A DNA stretch of 64,000 bases from Eledone cirrhosa (Eukaryota), in the NCBI GenBank assembly GCA_964016885.1, contig OZ024741.1:48484001-48548000 (forward strand), given 5' to 3'. Shown here piece by piece: positions 1-11,600 of the stretch (position 1 is the stretch's first letter; the number at the start of each line of letters is the position of its first letter). The notes below the pieces were generated by a model that saw only the letters and a list, made by a program, of their open reading frames with translations, ran no database searches and had not been told where the DNA came from. Both the position numbers and the translations under genes were made by a program.

Positions 1-16
1 TAGTCTTGTGGTGAAC

Positions 17-285
17 TTCTTCGCCCACTTATTCCTGAGAGGGTCGTGGGGGCAGAGTCCTCAAACACTCCTTCCAGCAGGTCCTGTCAGAAGCAACCAT
101 TTCCAACTGATCCAGCTGGATCCTCAAATAAGACCAGCTAAGTTCATCTTGCTTGGGGTCTACCTCTGGGTCTCTTGTTGATTGGTTTTGCCTGTAAAAT
201 CTGCCCAGCAATTCTTTCTTGAAACATTCTAACCCATAGTATTGGAGCTGTGATCTGTCAGGAGAAGTAGTGGCTCTACCTGAAG
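17..285 (-). mobile_element. Rex3/Expander-like RTE-clade LINE 3' fragment (degenerate)
   Basis: Minus-strand translation ELSWSYLRIQLDQLEMVASDRTCWKECLRTLPPRPSQE matches the Rex3/Expander C-terminal pattern; same family at 310-441, 16880-17035 and 18950-19265. Confidence 0.7.
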
Positions 286-309
286 ATATTCCCTGATGTA
301 CAAGGGCGA

Positions 310-441
310 CTCTGAGCAAGATGGTTGGATAGCATCCAGGAGCTTGGCTGCTCTGGAGATGGTTGCTTTTGATAGAACCCACTGGAAGGAGTGTTTGAGG
401 ACTCTGCCCCCATGACCCTCTCAGGAATAAGTGGGCAAAGG
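310..441 (+). mobile_element. Rex3/Expander-like RTE 3' end, inverted relative to 17-285
   Basis: ctggaaggagtgtttgaggactctgcccccatgaccctctcaggaataagtgggc is nearly the reverse complement of 23-78. Confidence 0.7.
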
Positions 442-730
442 AGTAAAAATCTATTACATGGGGAAAATATTATAAGAGCTGCCTAACTATGAAAACAGTT
501 TATGTGCCTTAGAAATATGGTAGGGTTTCACATCTGTATTATAATTTCAAAAACTTTAATCAACTGAAATTTTCCAATCAAGTTTTACACAAAAACGCCC
601 TCTGGGTATTTTAAATAGTATAAGACCAACAAGGGAGATAACTCTATTCACATCATTTGGACAATATAGACAATGTAGATAGGAATGTGTTTGGTCTTTA
701 AAGTCAGTTGGCGAAAAAAAACAAACAAAC

Positions 731-777
731 GTGTCTCTGTCTTGTTAGTAGAATATCCTTTGCCCGGAAGTTCTAAG
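731..777 (-). CDS. Tentative second coding exon of an unknown gene
   Basis: Strong acceptor tcttaatcttttcag, donor AC|gtttgt; phase-compatible with exon 3728-3813, giving ...FQFCN-LELPGKGYSTNKTET; no homology recognised. Confidence 0.3.
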
Positions 778-877
778 CTGAAAAGATTAAGAGTGACCAA
801 TGTATATATATATATTAAAAACAAAAAGAATAGAGGGAAAATGGTGAAACTTGCTGAGGTTTGCACACTGAACACAA

Positions 878-1286
878 TCTACTTATATATATAACCAGCA
901 ATTTCTCTGTCTGTCTGTCCGACAGTGGAAACACGTGAGTGTGAAAGAAAGAGACAGACTACCAGAGGGGGATAGCGGGAGGGAGAGAAAGAGAGTCAAT
1001 AGACGCTAAAACACGTGCTATAGAAACATTACCTTCCCCTCTCCACTGACTTTGGTCACTGAGGCCGAGGGAATCGCTGGTTGCTATAGAGACACCTTGC
1101 ACAAGCCAGAAGTAACCAGTTCGAGGCGGTTCTGACTTGACTCCATGCGAAGAAGGTTGCCATTGAATTTGTGGTTGTTGCTGCTGATAATAAGGACCAT
1201 TTGAAGAAGGTTGCTGCTGATGAGGTAATTTATTAATCAGATTGTGCAGTTCCATAACCTACGTTTGATTTGTTCAATTTTTTTGT

Positions 1287-1319
<33 letters not shown>

Positions 1320-1869
1320 CTTATTGAAAAAATATAAATAATAAAATAAGGTTAGAAATTTAAATACAATTAAATACGATTTAATTTCCATTTCCAGCAG
1401 CCAATGTCCAGTGTTCAATTTCATGAAAAAATTAGAAATAATTCAAAAAATTGAAGTTTAACTTTTGAACATTTGTTTTGACAATAAAAAAATATTTCCT
1501 TATTCACACCTAATGGTATGATTAAAATTTCATAGGAATATTTTTTTCTAACCGCCAGTTATTGAAATATTATTAAAAATAAATTTTTTTTTTTAAAAGA
1601 ATGGAAGATTTTGTGGATTTTTTTACCACCTTCCAAGCCTTAAACACTAATTCTCGCGAATTTGTGTTTTGTAATGACCCTCAGGACGCTGCTATTGTTG
1701 ATTCCAATAGTGCCTGGTATTCGAATATGTTAGTATACAATTTTTTGAATAAAATTAAGGCGCAATTAGAGCTGCCAAACAAAATTTTTTTCGGCTTCGG
1801 CCCATATTATATATATATATATAATGGGGATGATGATGATGATATACATAGTTACATATGTATATGTAA
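878..1869 (+). mobile_element. Non-autonomous Helitron-like element, 5' part with filler sequence
   Basis: A|TC start followed by tatatataaccagc..tctgtctgtctgtcc; about 150 bp shared with a second start at 1870; no 3' CTAG seen. Confidence 0.45.
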
Positions 1870-2160
1870 TCTCCTTATAATATATAACCAGCAAATTCTC
1901 TGTCTGTCTGTCCGACAGTGGAAACACGTGCGCGCGTGCGAATGTTTTTTGCGCACGCATAGAGAGAGAGTGAGAGTGAAAGAAAGAGACAGACTACGAG
2001 AGGGGGGTAGCGAGAGGGAGAGAGAGAGAGTGAATAGACGCTAAAACACGTGCGCGCGTGCAAATGTTTTTTGCGCACGCGTAGATTGAGAGTGAAAGAA
2101 AGAGACAGACTACAAGAGGGGGATAGCGGGAGGGAGAGAGGGGGGGAATTGAGGAGTGCT

Positions 2161-2348
2161 ACAGAAACATATATACATTTCTGTGTGTGTGTAATATATA
2201 TATATATACACACACAGAAATATATATATACATTTCTGTGTGTGTAATATATATATATATACACACAGAAATATATATACATTTCTGTGTGTGTAATATA
2301 TATATATATATACACACAGAAATATATATACATTTCTGTGTGTGTAAT
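2161..2348. repeat. About 50-bp self-complementary tandem repeat (acacagaaat..atttctgtgt), 4 units
   Basis: Direct inspection; a partial unit resumes after the RTE insertion (about 2910-2950). Confidence 0.85.
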
Positions 2349-2901
2349 CATCATCATCATCATCATCATTTTACATCCGCTTTTCCCTGCTTGCAAGGGT
2401 GGGACGGGTCTTATTCAGCACAGCATCTCTCTACTCGTCACGGTCCCTCGTCATCTCCACCGTGAGCTTCAATGATCTGAGGTCTGTTCTCACCACCTCC
2501 GCCCATGTTTTTCGTGGTCTACCTCTACCACGTCTTCATTCAACTGGCAATTCCTGGCACTTCTTCACCCATCGGTCATCCTCCATGCACATCACATGTC
2601 CATACCGCCTCAGTCTCCTCTCCCGTACACTACATTCTATCCCTCTCAGACACAGTTTCTCTCTCAACACATTTATGCTGGGTCGTTCACGCACATTTAC
2701 GCTGCACATCCAACGGAGCATGTCTCATTTCTCTCCAGCCGTCGCATATCCTCTGCAGTTGCTGCCCATGTCTCACTACCATGCAGCATCGCGCTCCTCA
2801 CACAGGCATCATACAACCGGCCTTTCATACGCAGGGAGAAACCCTTCTTCATCAACAGAGGAAGCAGCTCCCTAAACTTCTTCCAACCCGTCCTTATTCT
2901 A
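2348..2901 (-). mobile_element. 5'-truncated RTE LINE fragment with (GAT)n tail
   Basis: Encodes RTGWKKFRELLPLL..KGRLYDACVRSAMLHGSETW..MLRWMCSVNVRER..RRLRRYGHV..GRPRKTW, a diverged relative of the RTE at 23803. Confidence 0.9.
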
Positions 2902-3173
2902 GATACTATATATATATATATATATATACATTTCTGTGTGTGTAATATATATATATACTAGCAGAAAACCACCCGGTGGGTGGTTTTCTGCTAGTCTATA
3001 TTGTATATTATCCAAAGATGTCGGTCATCTGATTTTATCAGAGTTATTTCCCTTGTTTGTTATTTTAAGATTTTTAACACCATCCAGCAGGTGTTTTTGT
3101 CTACTATTTGCTTGGATAAATTCAATCAATCCAACTTTTTCAACTTAACTATATTATATATGAGACAGTCAAT

Positions 3174-3359
3174 AGATTGGCAGTATAGGTAGAGGGTCGG
3201 ACGCCATGCTTTGCAGCAAAGAGTTACGGCCCTTTATGATCTGAGTTCAAATCCCGCCAATGTTAATTTTGCCTTTCATCCTTACGGGGTCGATAAAATA
3301 AAGTACCAATAATACACTGGGATAATTGCTGACCTTGTGCCAAAAGTAGAAACAATTAT
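3174..3359 (+). mobile_element. tRNA-derived SINE family A (Meta-domain-like body)
   Basis: Box A/B-like head (ggcagtataggtagag..gagttcaaatcc) and body gcctttcatccttacggggtcgataaaataaagtacc; more than 14 copies in the window. Confidence 0.85.
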
Positions 3360-3727
3360 ACGGAACACTCCTCTTTGATATTTCCCCTCTACCATATTGT
3401 AGCTATTTGTAATTTTCGTATTTATTTTTTTCACAGTTGTATAAAAATGCTTACAGAACGAAAACAAACACATATAATATATACAAATATATACGTATAA
3501 AAGAGAGAAGAAAAAAAATAAAAGGGGAGAGCTTCTAGTGTATTCACACTGTTAGTATCATAAACTTACAACTTAAGAAAATCTTTCCTTTCCATATTCT
3601 ACATTATCTCTCTCTCACACACACTCTGCTATCTTTAGTCATTATTAAGATCTTTATATTCCATGAAATCAGGAATATGAAGTCTTTTTATTACTCAATT
3701 GTTACCAAATGATAGTGTCATTATTAC

Positions 3728-3813
3728 TTGCAAAATTGGAAGGAGTCCCGTGGGGTGGAGTGGCTGATGCTGTGCGTGTCGCTGGCTGTTCTTCGCCGTA
3801 ATGCTTTCGCCAT
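3728..3813 (-). CDS. Tentative first coding exon (MAKALRRRTASDTHSISHSTPRDSFQFC)
   Basis: CpG-containing non-repeat island, aagATGGCG start context, donor AA|gtaata. Confidence 0.35.
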
Positions 3814-3816
3814 CTT
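3808..3816 (-). promoter_or_regulatory. YY1-like motif AAGATGGCG overlapping the putative start codon
   Basis: Exact match to the YY1 core within a locally CpG-rich segment. Confidence 0.35.
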
Positions 3817-4221
3817 ATCCGCGGGGTGTAGCTGAGATATTATAGAAATGGCTTCTACGGGACTAGAACTGTTTCATTCGAAGGAAATCATTAGGAAAGC
3901 TTTTCTGATGATTTCCTGTAAAAGCCATTTTTATATTAAATTTTTTTTTTTTTATGTAATCATCAACATCAATCTATTTTTAAACATTTCTTATAAGGTT
4001 TCAGAATTACTTCCCTTGGACCATATTCGTTTCAAGTTTTAATTTGTTCGTTTATTTTTTTGTGTGGTTTGGATGTTTCATTCTTTTTCATACTTAGAAG
4101 AAAAAGAAAACGAACTTATTACTTATTAATTATTAGTATTTATTTCATAAATTCTGTCAACCATATTTTCTGTTAAACTAGAATAACTTAAAATATGTCT
4201 AATTTATAATTATATTTAAAA

Positions 4222-4462
4222 CTAGCAAAAGAGTCCGTCGTTGCCGGGCACCCCCTCACTCCTCAGCATGGCTGTCTTTAAATAGCCCCAGAACTCTGTT
4301 AGTTTAGAGGAGAGAGAGAGGGGGAAAGATTTAAATTATATGTTGACATTCTCTGGTAAATAACCTATGTATCAAATTTGAACAAAATCGGATGGAAACT
4401 GGAAATGCATCGCCTGCATACACACAGACATTTTCGTTTATATATATATATATATATATATA
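4222..4462 (-). mobile_element. Short non-autonomous Helitron-like element
   Basis: Minus strand: (ta)n-aaacgaaaatgtctgtgtgt start; 3' cccggcaacgacgg hairpin remnant then CTAG|T. Confidence 0.6.
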
Positions 4463-4680
4463 AATGAATAAAATATAATTTGAGAATCTAGATTGCAGCT
4501 TAGCACATATATTTTCAGTATTTAACATATTGAGAATTTCTCATCATTCATATTACTGCTGCTCTCTGAATTTTATCAATCTAATTACCTAGTTCTCTTG
4601 TTCATCAGTCAATATGACATTATGAGGTGAATAAATAGAGAGTGAGAGAATAGAAGTGAGAAAGAGATATAGAGAAACAA

Positions 4681-4832
4681 TTGACCCCAGTACTAGACTG
4701 GCACTTTTTTTATCAACCTTAACTGGATGAAAGGTGAATTTGACTTTGAGGGGATTTGAACTGAGAGAGCAGAGTCAAAATAAATACTACAAAGCATTCT
4801 ATCTGATATTCTAATGACTCTACTAATTCACC
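4681..4832 (-). mobile_element. SINE family A-related, old diverged copy
   Basis: ggatgaaaggt..ggatttgaact similarity to family A. Confidence 0.6.
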
Positions 4833-5187
4833 ATGTTGTATAATATAATCATTCTAAAAATAATTTACAGAAGAAATGTTGTTAGTTTATTGAAGATAAA
4901 TTTGTTTAGCTATATAGTTTGTATGACTCAATCTTATAGTGTAACTGATAACTCCTCTTCCTTGAGCAATGGAAAGAGATAAAATATACAGAAGAAAGAC
5001 TTAGCAAAGGAGTGTTGAGATAGAGATGAAATAAATACACTTCCTATAATCATCAATCAACAAGATCCTAGACCTCATTCACTTACTGGATGGGTTGGAT
5101 CTCATCAAATCAGACCAAGGAAACAATGTTTCCATTGGTCTTTCCATTGCTGATACTATTTACTGGTCACAACTCTTGGCAGAATGA

Positions 5188-5296
5188 GCTAAAAAGTGTC
5201 TTGCTCAAGGACATAACACATAGCCTGATCCGGGAATTGAACTCGGAATCTCATGATTACAAATTCAATCTTTAACCACTAAGCTACTCACCTTCA
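5188..5296 (-). mobile_element. SINE family B head fragment
   Basis: aagtgtcttgctcaagga..gggaattgaactc..taaccactaagc matches the head of the 44031 copy. Confidence 0.7.
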
Positions 5297-5523
5297 CTAT
5301 ATCCTTCAATTAATTTTGAAGATAAAGTATTTGGATGTATTTAGCATTTTAACTAGCATTTTTGATGAAACTGATGTTTGATACCAATTTATCAGAAACT
5401 ACCCCAGATTTAAAAACCTTTCATTATAATTTTATGTAAGGCCATTTTGTGAAGAATGCTCCAAATAATTACTTGTTTTTTTCCAAATTAAATGAAACAT
5501 ATAAGCAGTGTATTTCATTGGGA

Positions 5524-5685
5524 ATCATCATCATCACCGTTTTATGTCCATTTTTCCACGCTAGCATGGGTTAGATGAGTTGTCTTGTTGTGAGCATTGC
5601 TAGGTTAGGTGACTATGTCTTGCACACACAGAACTGATTTTGGCTTGATTTCTACAGCTGGATGCCCTTCCTAATGGCAACCTCA
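5524..5685 (-). mobile_element. SINE family B RTE-type tail fragment
   Basis: (cat)n tail, gctagcatgggtt, cagctggatgcccttcctaa. Confidence 0.75.
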
Positions 5686-5725
5686 TTTTCAAAATCAAAA
5701 TGGTTAATGGTATTGGTTTATATAT

Positions 5726-5880
5726 TACGGTCTGAGTTCAAATCCCGCCAAGCTTAGCCTTACCTTTCATCCTTATGAGATTGATAAAATAAAAGTAGCA
5801 GTAATGCACTGGGGTCAATTCAATTGACTTTCTCCTCTCCCCAAATTGCTGGCCTTTTGCCTATAATAGCAGTCATTATT
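5726..5880 (+). mobile_element. SINE family A, 5'-truncated
   Basis: gagttcaaatcccgcc..cctttcatcctt..gcactggggtcaat. Confidence 0.8.
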
Positions 5881-6746
5881 TAAAAAATATTTTTCTTTTT
5901 AATTTGTAAAGGGGAAACATTTTAAAATGGTTAGTTAAAACAAAATATTTTGAATTTGAATAAAGAGTTCACAGCTGTGGAGAAACTGTTACGGTGAACT
6001 GACAGTCTATATTGCAAGGGAGAGAAGTGGGTTAGGCTTGTAAATCATTTTAGACAGTATAGTGTTGTATTTAGATATCTCTGTCAAGATCTCTGTGATT
6101 ACTGATAATGTCTTTGATGTACAGCAGTTTAGTAATTACATAAAATTATACTTTAGATTTTCTTGTTTGTTCTCTCTCTCATTCTCTCTGTCTCTCTCTC
6201 TCTCTCTCAATGGAAACTTTATATATGAAAACATACTGATAACATACTTTAAAAAAAAAACAATTTCATCATTCATGATTTAATGTCTGTTTTTCCTTTG
6301 ATTCCATTTCTGATAGTTTAAAAGTAATTTGTAGCTGTTTATATATATATATATATATATAATTTTTTTTTTTTTTTAGTCTCTATTTATTTAAATGGTT
6401 AAATCATATGACAAAACTCTTATGCCATATGATTTAATTCTAAAATTACTTATCAGTACTTACAAGTACTAACATGGATTTGCTTAATGGTGAATGATAT
6501 GAAATCTGTAAATTGAATTTAATGGAACTGTGCACATAACGCTATAGCTACCATATTTGTAATGAAATACACCATCTATGATTTTCTAATAACTTTGAAA
6601 ATAATCAAGAATTTAAAGAGATTTAATAGGATTTACTTTCTCATTATTTAGTTTGTGTTTGGTACATACAAGTATGATGACAGGTTTTTAGATAAATACA
6701 AACATTTAAAAAACAATAGTTTTGTATTATAGAATCAAAGAGAGCA

Positions 6747-6900
6747 GTGGATTGGCAGTATTGGTAGAGTGTTGGACAACATGCTTTGCAGAATGGACTT
6801 ACGCCCCTTTACGTTCTGGGTTCAAATACTGCTGAGGTTAGCTTTGGCACTGGGGTCAATTTAATCGACTTTCCTCTTCCCTTCAAATTTCTGGTTTATT
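6747..6900 (+). mobile_element. SINE family A, internally deleted
   Basis: gtggattggcagtattggtagag head. Confidence 0.75.
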
Positions 6901-7096
6901 ATCAAAAGGCTTAAACATCAATTTTCATATTGTTCATGTGTTGTTTCAGTATTTAGATTACAGGATTATTTAGTCTATTTTCTATAAATCATTACACAGC
7001 TCTGCCAACCTCTAAAACCCCAAATGAGGATTACTATGGAAAAAAAGTGCCCCAAAATGAGAAGAAATGAGGTAAAATGGGGAGATTTTGCATAAT

Positions 7097-7278
7097 TGTT
7101 TCTACTTTAGGCACAAGGCCAGCAATTATCCAGTGCATTACTGGTACTTTATTTTATCGACCCCCGTAAGGATGAAAGGCAAAGTCAACCTCGGCGGGAT
7201 TTGAACTCAGATCGTAAAGGGACGTAACTATGCTGGAAAGCATGGCGTCCGACCCTCTACCGATACTGCCAATCCACC
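7097..7278 (-). mobile_element. SINE family A, full copy with TSD
   Basis: 16-bp TSD ggagatttt(g/a)cataat at 7081-7096 and 7279-7294. Confidence 0.9.
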
Positions 7279-7899
7279 GGAGATTTTACATAATGAAAGC
7301 TATACCCATTTTCACAAGAGAATATATGTCTCACCCACCCCAAAGTAGGTGGAAGATCTCCCCATCAGACTGGGAGAGTTTGCAGGTCTGATTACAGTAT
7401 ATCAAACATAACAGTTGCCATAAAATCATTGGGTTAGTTCACATAGATCATAGTCATTGATTTACATATGATTTTCCATGCTGACTTGAGTTGAACAAAT
7501 CTGTGTTTCACTAATCTTTATCTTTTGTCATCTGGCACACATAACAGTGATATTTGTTCATCTTAGTAGTTGTGTATGATACTTTATATTTCTAGAGAAA
7601 CATGACTTGTATTTTTACGCCTCTGACTGTGTTTTTAATGAAATATATATTTCAATTTACTAATGAAGAATTTGAGGGATTTGATAACATTTTTAATTAG
7701 TTCATTATTAAGATGCTATTTGAAACATAACATAACAAAAGTTTTTTTTAAATATAAAATCATGTTGGAAGTTCTTAATTTAAATAGGAACCCTTCAAAA
7801 CAAAGAAGGGGTGGGGGGTCTTAGAACCAGAGATGGGTTGGTATAAAAAGGTTGGTTCACTGTACAAATGGGGAAGGTTTTAATGCTGTACTTTTAATT

Positions 7900-8170
7900 A
7901 TCATCATCAACATCATCCTTGTTTAATGTTAATTTGTCCATGCTAGCATGGGTTTGACTAGTTGTCCCGTTGTGAGATAAGCCAGGTCAGATGACTGTGT
8001 CTTGCTCATACAGAACTTCCTGGCTTGGTTTCTATGGCTGGATCCCTTTCCTAATGCCAACCACATTCACTGTGTGTACTGGGTGCTTTTTGTTGTGGCA
8101 TCTACATGACCACTTTACAGTGTGGGCTTGGCACTTTTTGTTGTGACACCTACACAACGACCTTGCAGTA
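7900..8170 (-). mobile_element. SINE family B tail fragment
   Basis: (cat)n tail, ccatgctagcatgggtt, ttcctaatgccaacc. Confidence 0.75.
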
Positions 8171-9219
8171 TGGATCAACTCCTTCCTGTGAATAATTGAA
8201 CAGTATTAGTAACATTATTAAGAGAATCCAGTGATTCTTATTCTTTTCAGATTTTCATAAATAATCAGCCTGTTAATCAATATAAATCATATTTTATCCA
8301 ACTTGTTCTCCAGATTGTTTTACAGGGACTATGGGGGTCATAGCCCCATCAAACTGAGCACTGTACACAATAATTTTCAATATTACTATTATAGACACTC
8401 AATTAATTAATAAGCAGTATTCCCATTGAGAAAGCCTTCACATTTGCTGTCTAGTTTACATCTAACTTCACACTGCAATTACACCAGGTAAAACTCCTCC
8501 AAAACTATCCCTGCCCACTAAACCACTACATACACACTAAGTATGATATGGTTGGGAAGTAGGAGGACAGAGGATTCTTCAAAGATACCAGAGATCTAAA
8601 GCATCAGCTACAGTTTTTGGTACAGGAGAACTTGTGGACTTTATAATATACAAAGGCATCTTTTGTATTTTAGATGATTGAATTACAGACATGTTAAAGC
8701 TGGGAGGAGGGGTGGGGTCAAAGCATTGCAGGCCATGTATTTTGTTTTTTTTTAATCTGAACTGTTGCAGTGCAGCTGTGAATGAACTAATGAAGTATTT
8801 GAAATCATGAGGTTTAACTGTTTGTAGTATGTGGAGGATATATATATACCGAAGAGAGAGTTTTCAGTTATTTATTTGCTGTCTCTAGTTGGTGATAGGT
8901 GAAGCACATGAATTAGAGTTCTATGAAGTCAGCTAACTTAAAACTGCCACAGAATTCAGCAATTAGAAGGGGACATTGCACAGTAAGTGGATATGTAGTG
9001 AGTAGTTGAAATAAAACAGTGGCTGGATGACCTAATAAATGTGAAAATGGTGAAGGTTTGGTAGAGGTTGGGTTTGGAGAGGATAAAGAGATCAAGGATG
9101 TATGGAATGTTTCAGTCAGGGATGCATGTAGGGATATGAACCTAATTATTGTAAAGAGTTAAGGATTGCAAAAAATACTTGATTGCTGATAGTCTTTAGC
9201 TTTGCAGTCCATTAAAATA

Positions 9220-9390
9220 TATCTGTAATAGTGAACACACATCTGTTATCTGTTATAGTGAATACACATCTGTTATCTGTTATAGTGAATACACATCTGT
9301 TATCTGTTATAGTGAACACACATCTGTTATAGTGAATACACATCTGTTATCTATCTGTAATAGTGAACACACATCTGTTATCTATCTATA
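9220..9390. repeat. About 27-bp degenerate tandem repeat (atctgttatagtgaatacacatctgtt)
   Basis: Direct inspection. Confidence 0.85.
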
Positions 9391-9579
9391 ATAATTGTTT
9401 TTACTTTTGGCACAAGGCCAACAATTATCCCAGTGTATTACTGGTATTTTATTTTATCGACCCCATAAGGATGAAAGGCAAAGTTAACCTCAGCAGGATT
9501 TGAACTCAGACCATAAAGGGCCGTAACTCTCTGCTACAAAGCATGGCGTCTGACCCTCTACCGATACTGCCAATCCACC
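9391..9579 (-). mobile_element. SINE family A
   Basis: Full-length match; flanked by acatctgttatctat duplication. Confidence 0.88.
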
Positions 9580-10483
9580 GCATACATCTGTTATCTATAT
9601 GCTACAAATTGTCTTTATATATGTTTTATTATGAGTTGAATGTCTAAAATGTAGTAAGCATTGTGAGAGATATAACTAAAAAAAGTTTATAATTAACATT
9701 GGAAGCATCACACAGAGATAGTCTCCAAATGTGTAACATCTCTACCAACAAGTAAGCAAGGCTAGGTTCTCTATCATCTATATTTCCTTCAGTTTTACTG
9801 TAAAACCATATAAGTTAGCAAATAATTGTCTGCATAAGATATTTTTTTTAGCATATCAGACATGAAACTGATACTGCACCAGGTGGGCCTAAACTGAAGA
9901 CATATTAAAAGATCAATGATTGTACTGGTGAATGAATAATTACAATCAGTAAATTATGTGACATGGACAAGCCTAGCAATGAAGCTATTAGTAGCCATTG
10001 TAGTAGTTACTGTTGTTGCTACTACTTGCTTTTGTTGATGTGTAAATTATTCTACCTCTCCACCATTGTCTTCACCATTATGTTTATTTTTCTCTCCATT
10101 ACATCGATTGACTTAACTTGGATAAATGTATTCTATCATATGTTTTTCACCCATCTAACAGCTAAATTATATTTTTCAATCTTTTCTTCTTCTTCTCTTG
10201 TACTGTTTACCTGCTTACATACTAGCTTTGTTAAAGTGGTCTCCATGGCCAAGCAAACAACTACCATGTTTGTTATGTCGTTTGTGAGCAGCTTTGCCGA
10301 AAAGATTAATACTTGAACAAGAGTAAAATTCCTTACATTCTATTTTCCTTATTGTTTACTTAGTTTTATATAATGAATTCTCTGAACTACTCTGAGAAAG
10401 CAAGATATGAAGTGTATCTAAATACTACTGCTCTATTGGTTATAGGCTGTATAGTACTATGTTTTTATGGCTACTCGATTAAA

Positions 10484-10794
10484 TACTCTTGGGTCCCAAA
10501 TAATAGGGAGTTGGGAGTTTGGATATTTGCTTACATTCTTATAAATCAGTAATTGTATAGTGTACATTTGTAAATATGTGATTTCTTGTAATGTTCTTTT
10601 TTGTTATATATAATGTTTTTTTAATGTAAAATAAAATAATTATTAGATTTTCCAGCTGCTGTATCGATAAGAATCACTTACAATAAAATTTCACCGGGGA
10701 TAGATTAGCAAAATTTAATAAGGAAGCAGTGTGATTGAAACAATCTGAAAAATTAATAAGGTGGTGGGGTGGGGTTATGCAAGACCTGAGAGTA
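10484..10794. mobile_element. Tc1/mariner/pogo-type MITE (imperfect TIRs, TA ends)
   Basis: tactcttgggtcccaaataa versus ttatgcaagacctgagagta; related termini near 17325, 54440 and 55105. Confidence 0.5.
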
Positions 10795-10843
10795 TTTGTT
10801 TATAAAGATTTTTTTTTTCTTATTTAGTCAAAGGAAAGAATAA

Positions 10844-11197
10844 ACTTTAGCAGACCCAAAGAAGGGCAGTGCCCCTGACTTTAGCAGGCCTGAAGAAGGG
10901 CAGTGACCCTGACTTTAGCAGGCCCGAAGGAGGGCAGTGCCTCTGACTTTAGCAAGCCTGAAGAAGGGCAGTGCCCCTGACTTTAGCAGGCCCGAAGAAG
11001 GGCAGTGCCTCTGACATTAGCAAGCCTGAAGAAGGGCAGTGCCCCTGACTTTAGCAGGCCCGAAGAAGGGCAGTGTCCCTGACTTTAGCAGGCCCGAAGG
11101 AGGGCAGTGCCCCTGACTTTAGCAGGCCGGAAGAAAGGCAGTGTCCCTGACTTTAGCAGTCCCGAAGAAAAGCAGTGCCCTTGACTTTAACAGGCCC
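10844..11197. repeat. 34-bp minisatellite, 10.4 units (actttagcaggcccgaagaagggcagtgcccctg)
   Basis: Exact 34-bp period from 10844 to 11184, no spacers. Confidence 0.95.
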
Positions 11198-11524
11198 TCT
11201 TCACCTAATGCAGTTGATACTCAATTTGAACCTTTATAGATTGATACCTGTTGGAAGATCAGGAGGAAGGATGGAGAAAGGTGTTTTAGGTATAGTTTGG
11301 AGTTGAGATACAGTAGGAGTGGTGTGAGGAGAAGTAGGTGTTAGCTACTTAAACCTTTGTAGTGATGGTAGAAAAGGTAGAGATGAAAACTTGCAAGTAG
11401 TTATATTGTGTTGGTAAGTTAGTCTTTTCCAGTTGGTTTGAAAGATTTCTTTCTTTCTCTTTCTTTCTCTTTCTTTCTCTTTCTTTCTTTCTTTCTTTTG
11501 TGTTCTACAATGTTTGTGTAACAA

Positions 11525-11600
11525 CAACACTACCCCAGATATGTGGCGAATATTCTAATGTGGATCAGACTTAAGCTTTGTAGAGTACCAACAACTAATG
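11525..11600 (-). mobile_element. CR1/L2-group LINE relic
   Basis: Minus translation LYKA*V*STLEYSPHIWG resembles the CR1/L2 LY...RP.LEY....W motif. Confidence 0.45.

Larger units (their letters stand above)
1870..2994 (+). mobile_element. Non-autonomous Helitron-like element containing a nested RTE fragment
   Basis: A|TC 5' end, (ctgt)n subterminal repeat, 3' end ...gggtggttttctgCTAG|T preceded by a hairpin. Confidence 0.55.

Noticed and set aside
959-1255. Gln/Pro-rich ORF as a Helitron-captured gene
   Set aside because: Low complexity with a short internal duplication and no identifiable homology; cannot be supported.
10844-11197. Possible CRISPR array (also the 48-bp repeat at 47855-48120)
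   Set aside because: Head-to-tail units with no unique spacers, no cas genes, eukaryotic context.
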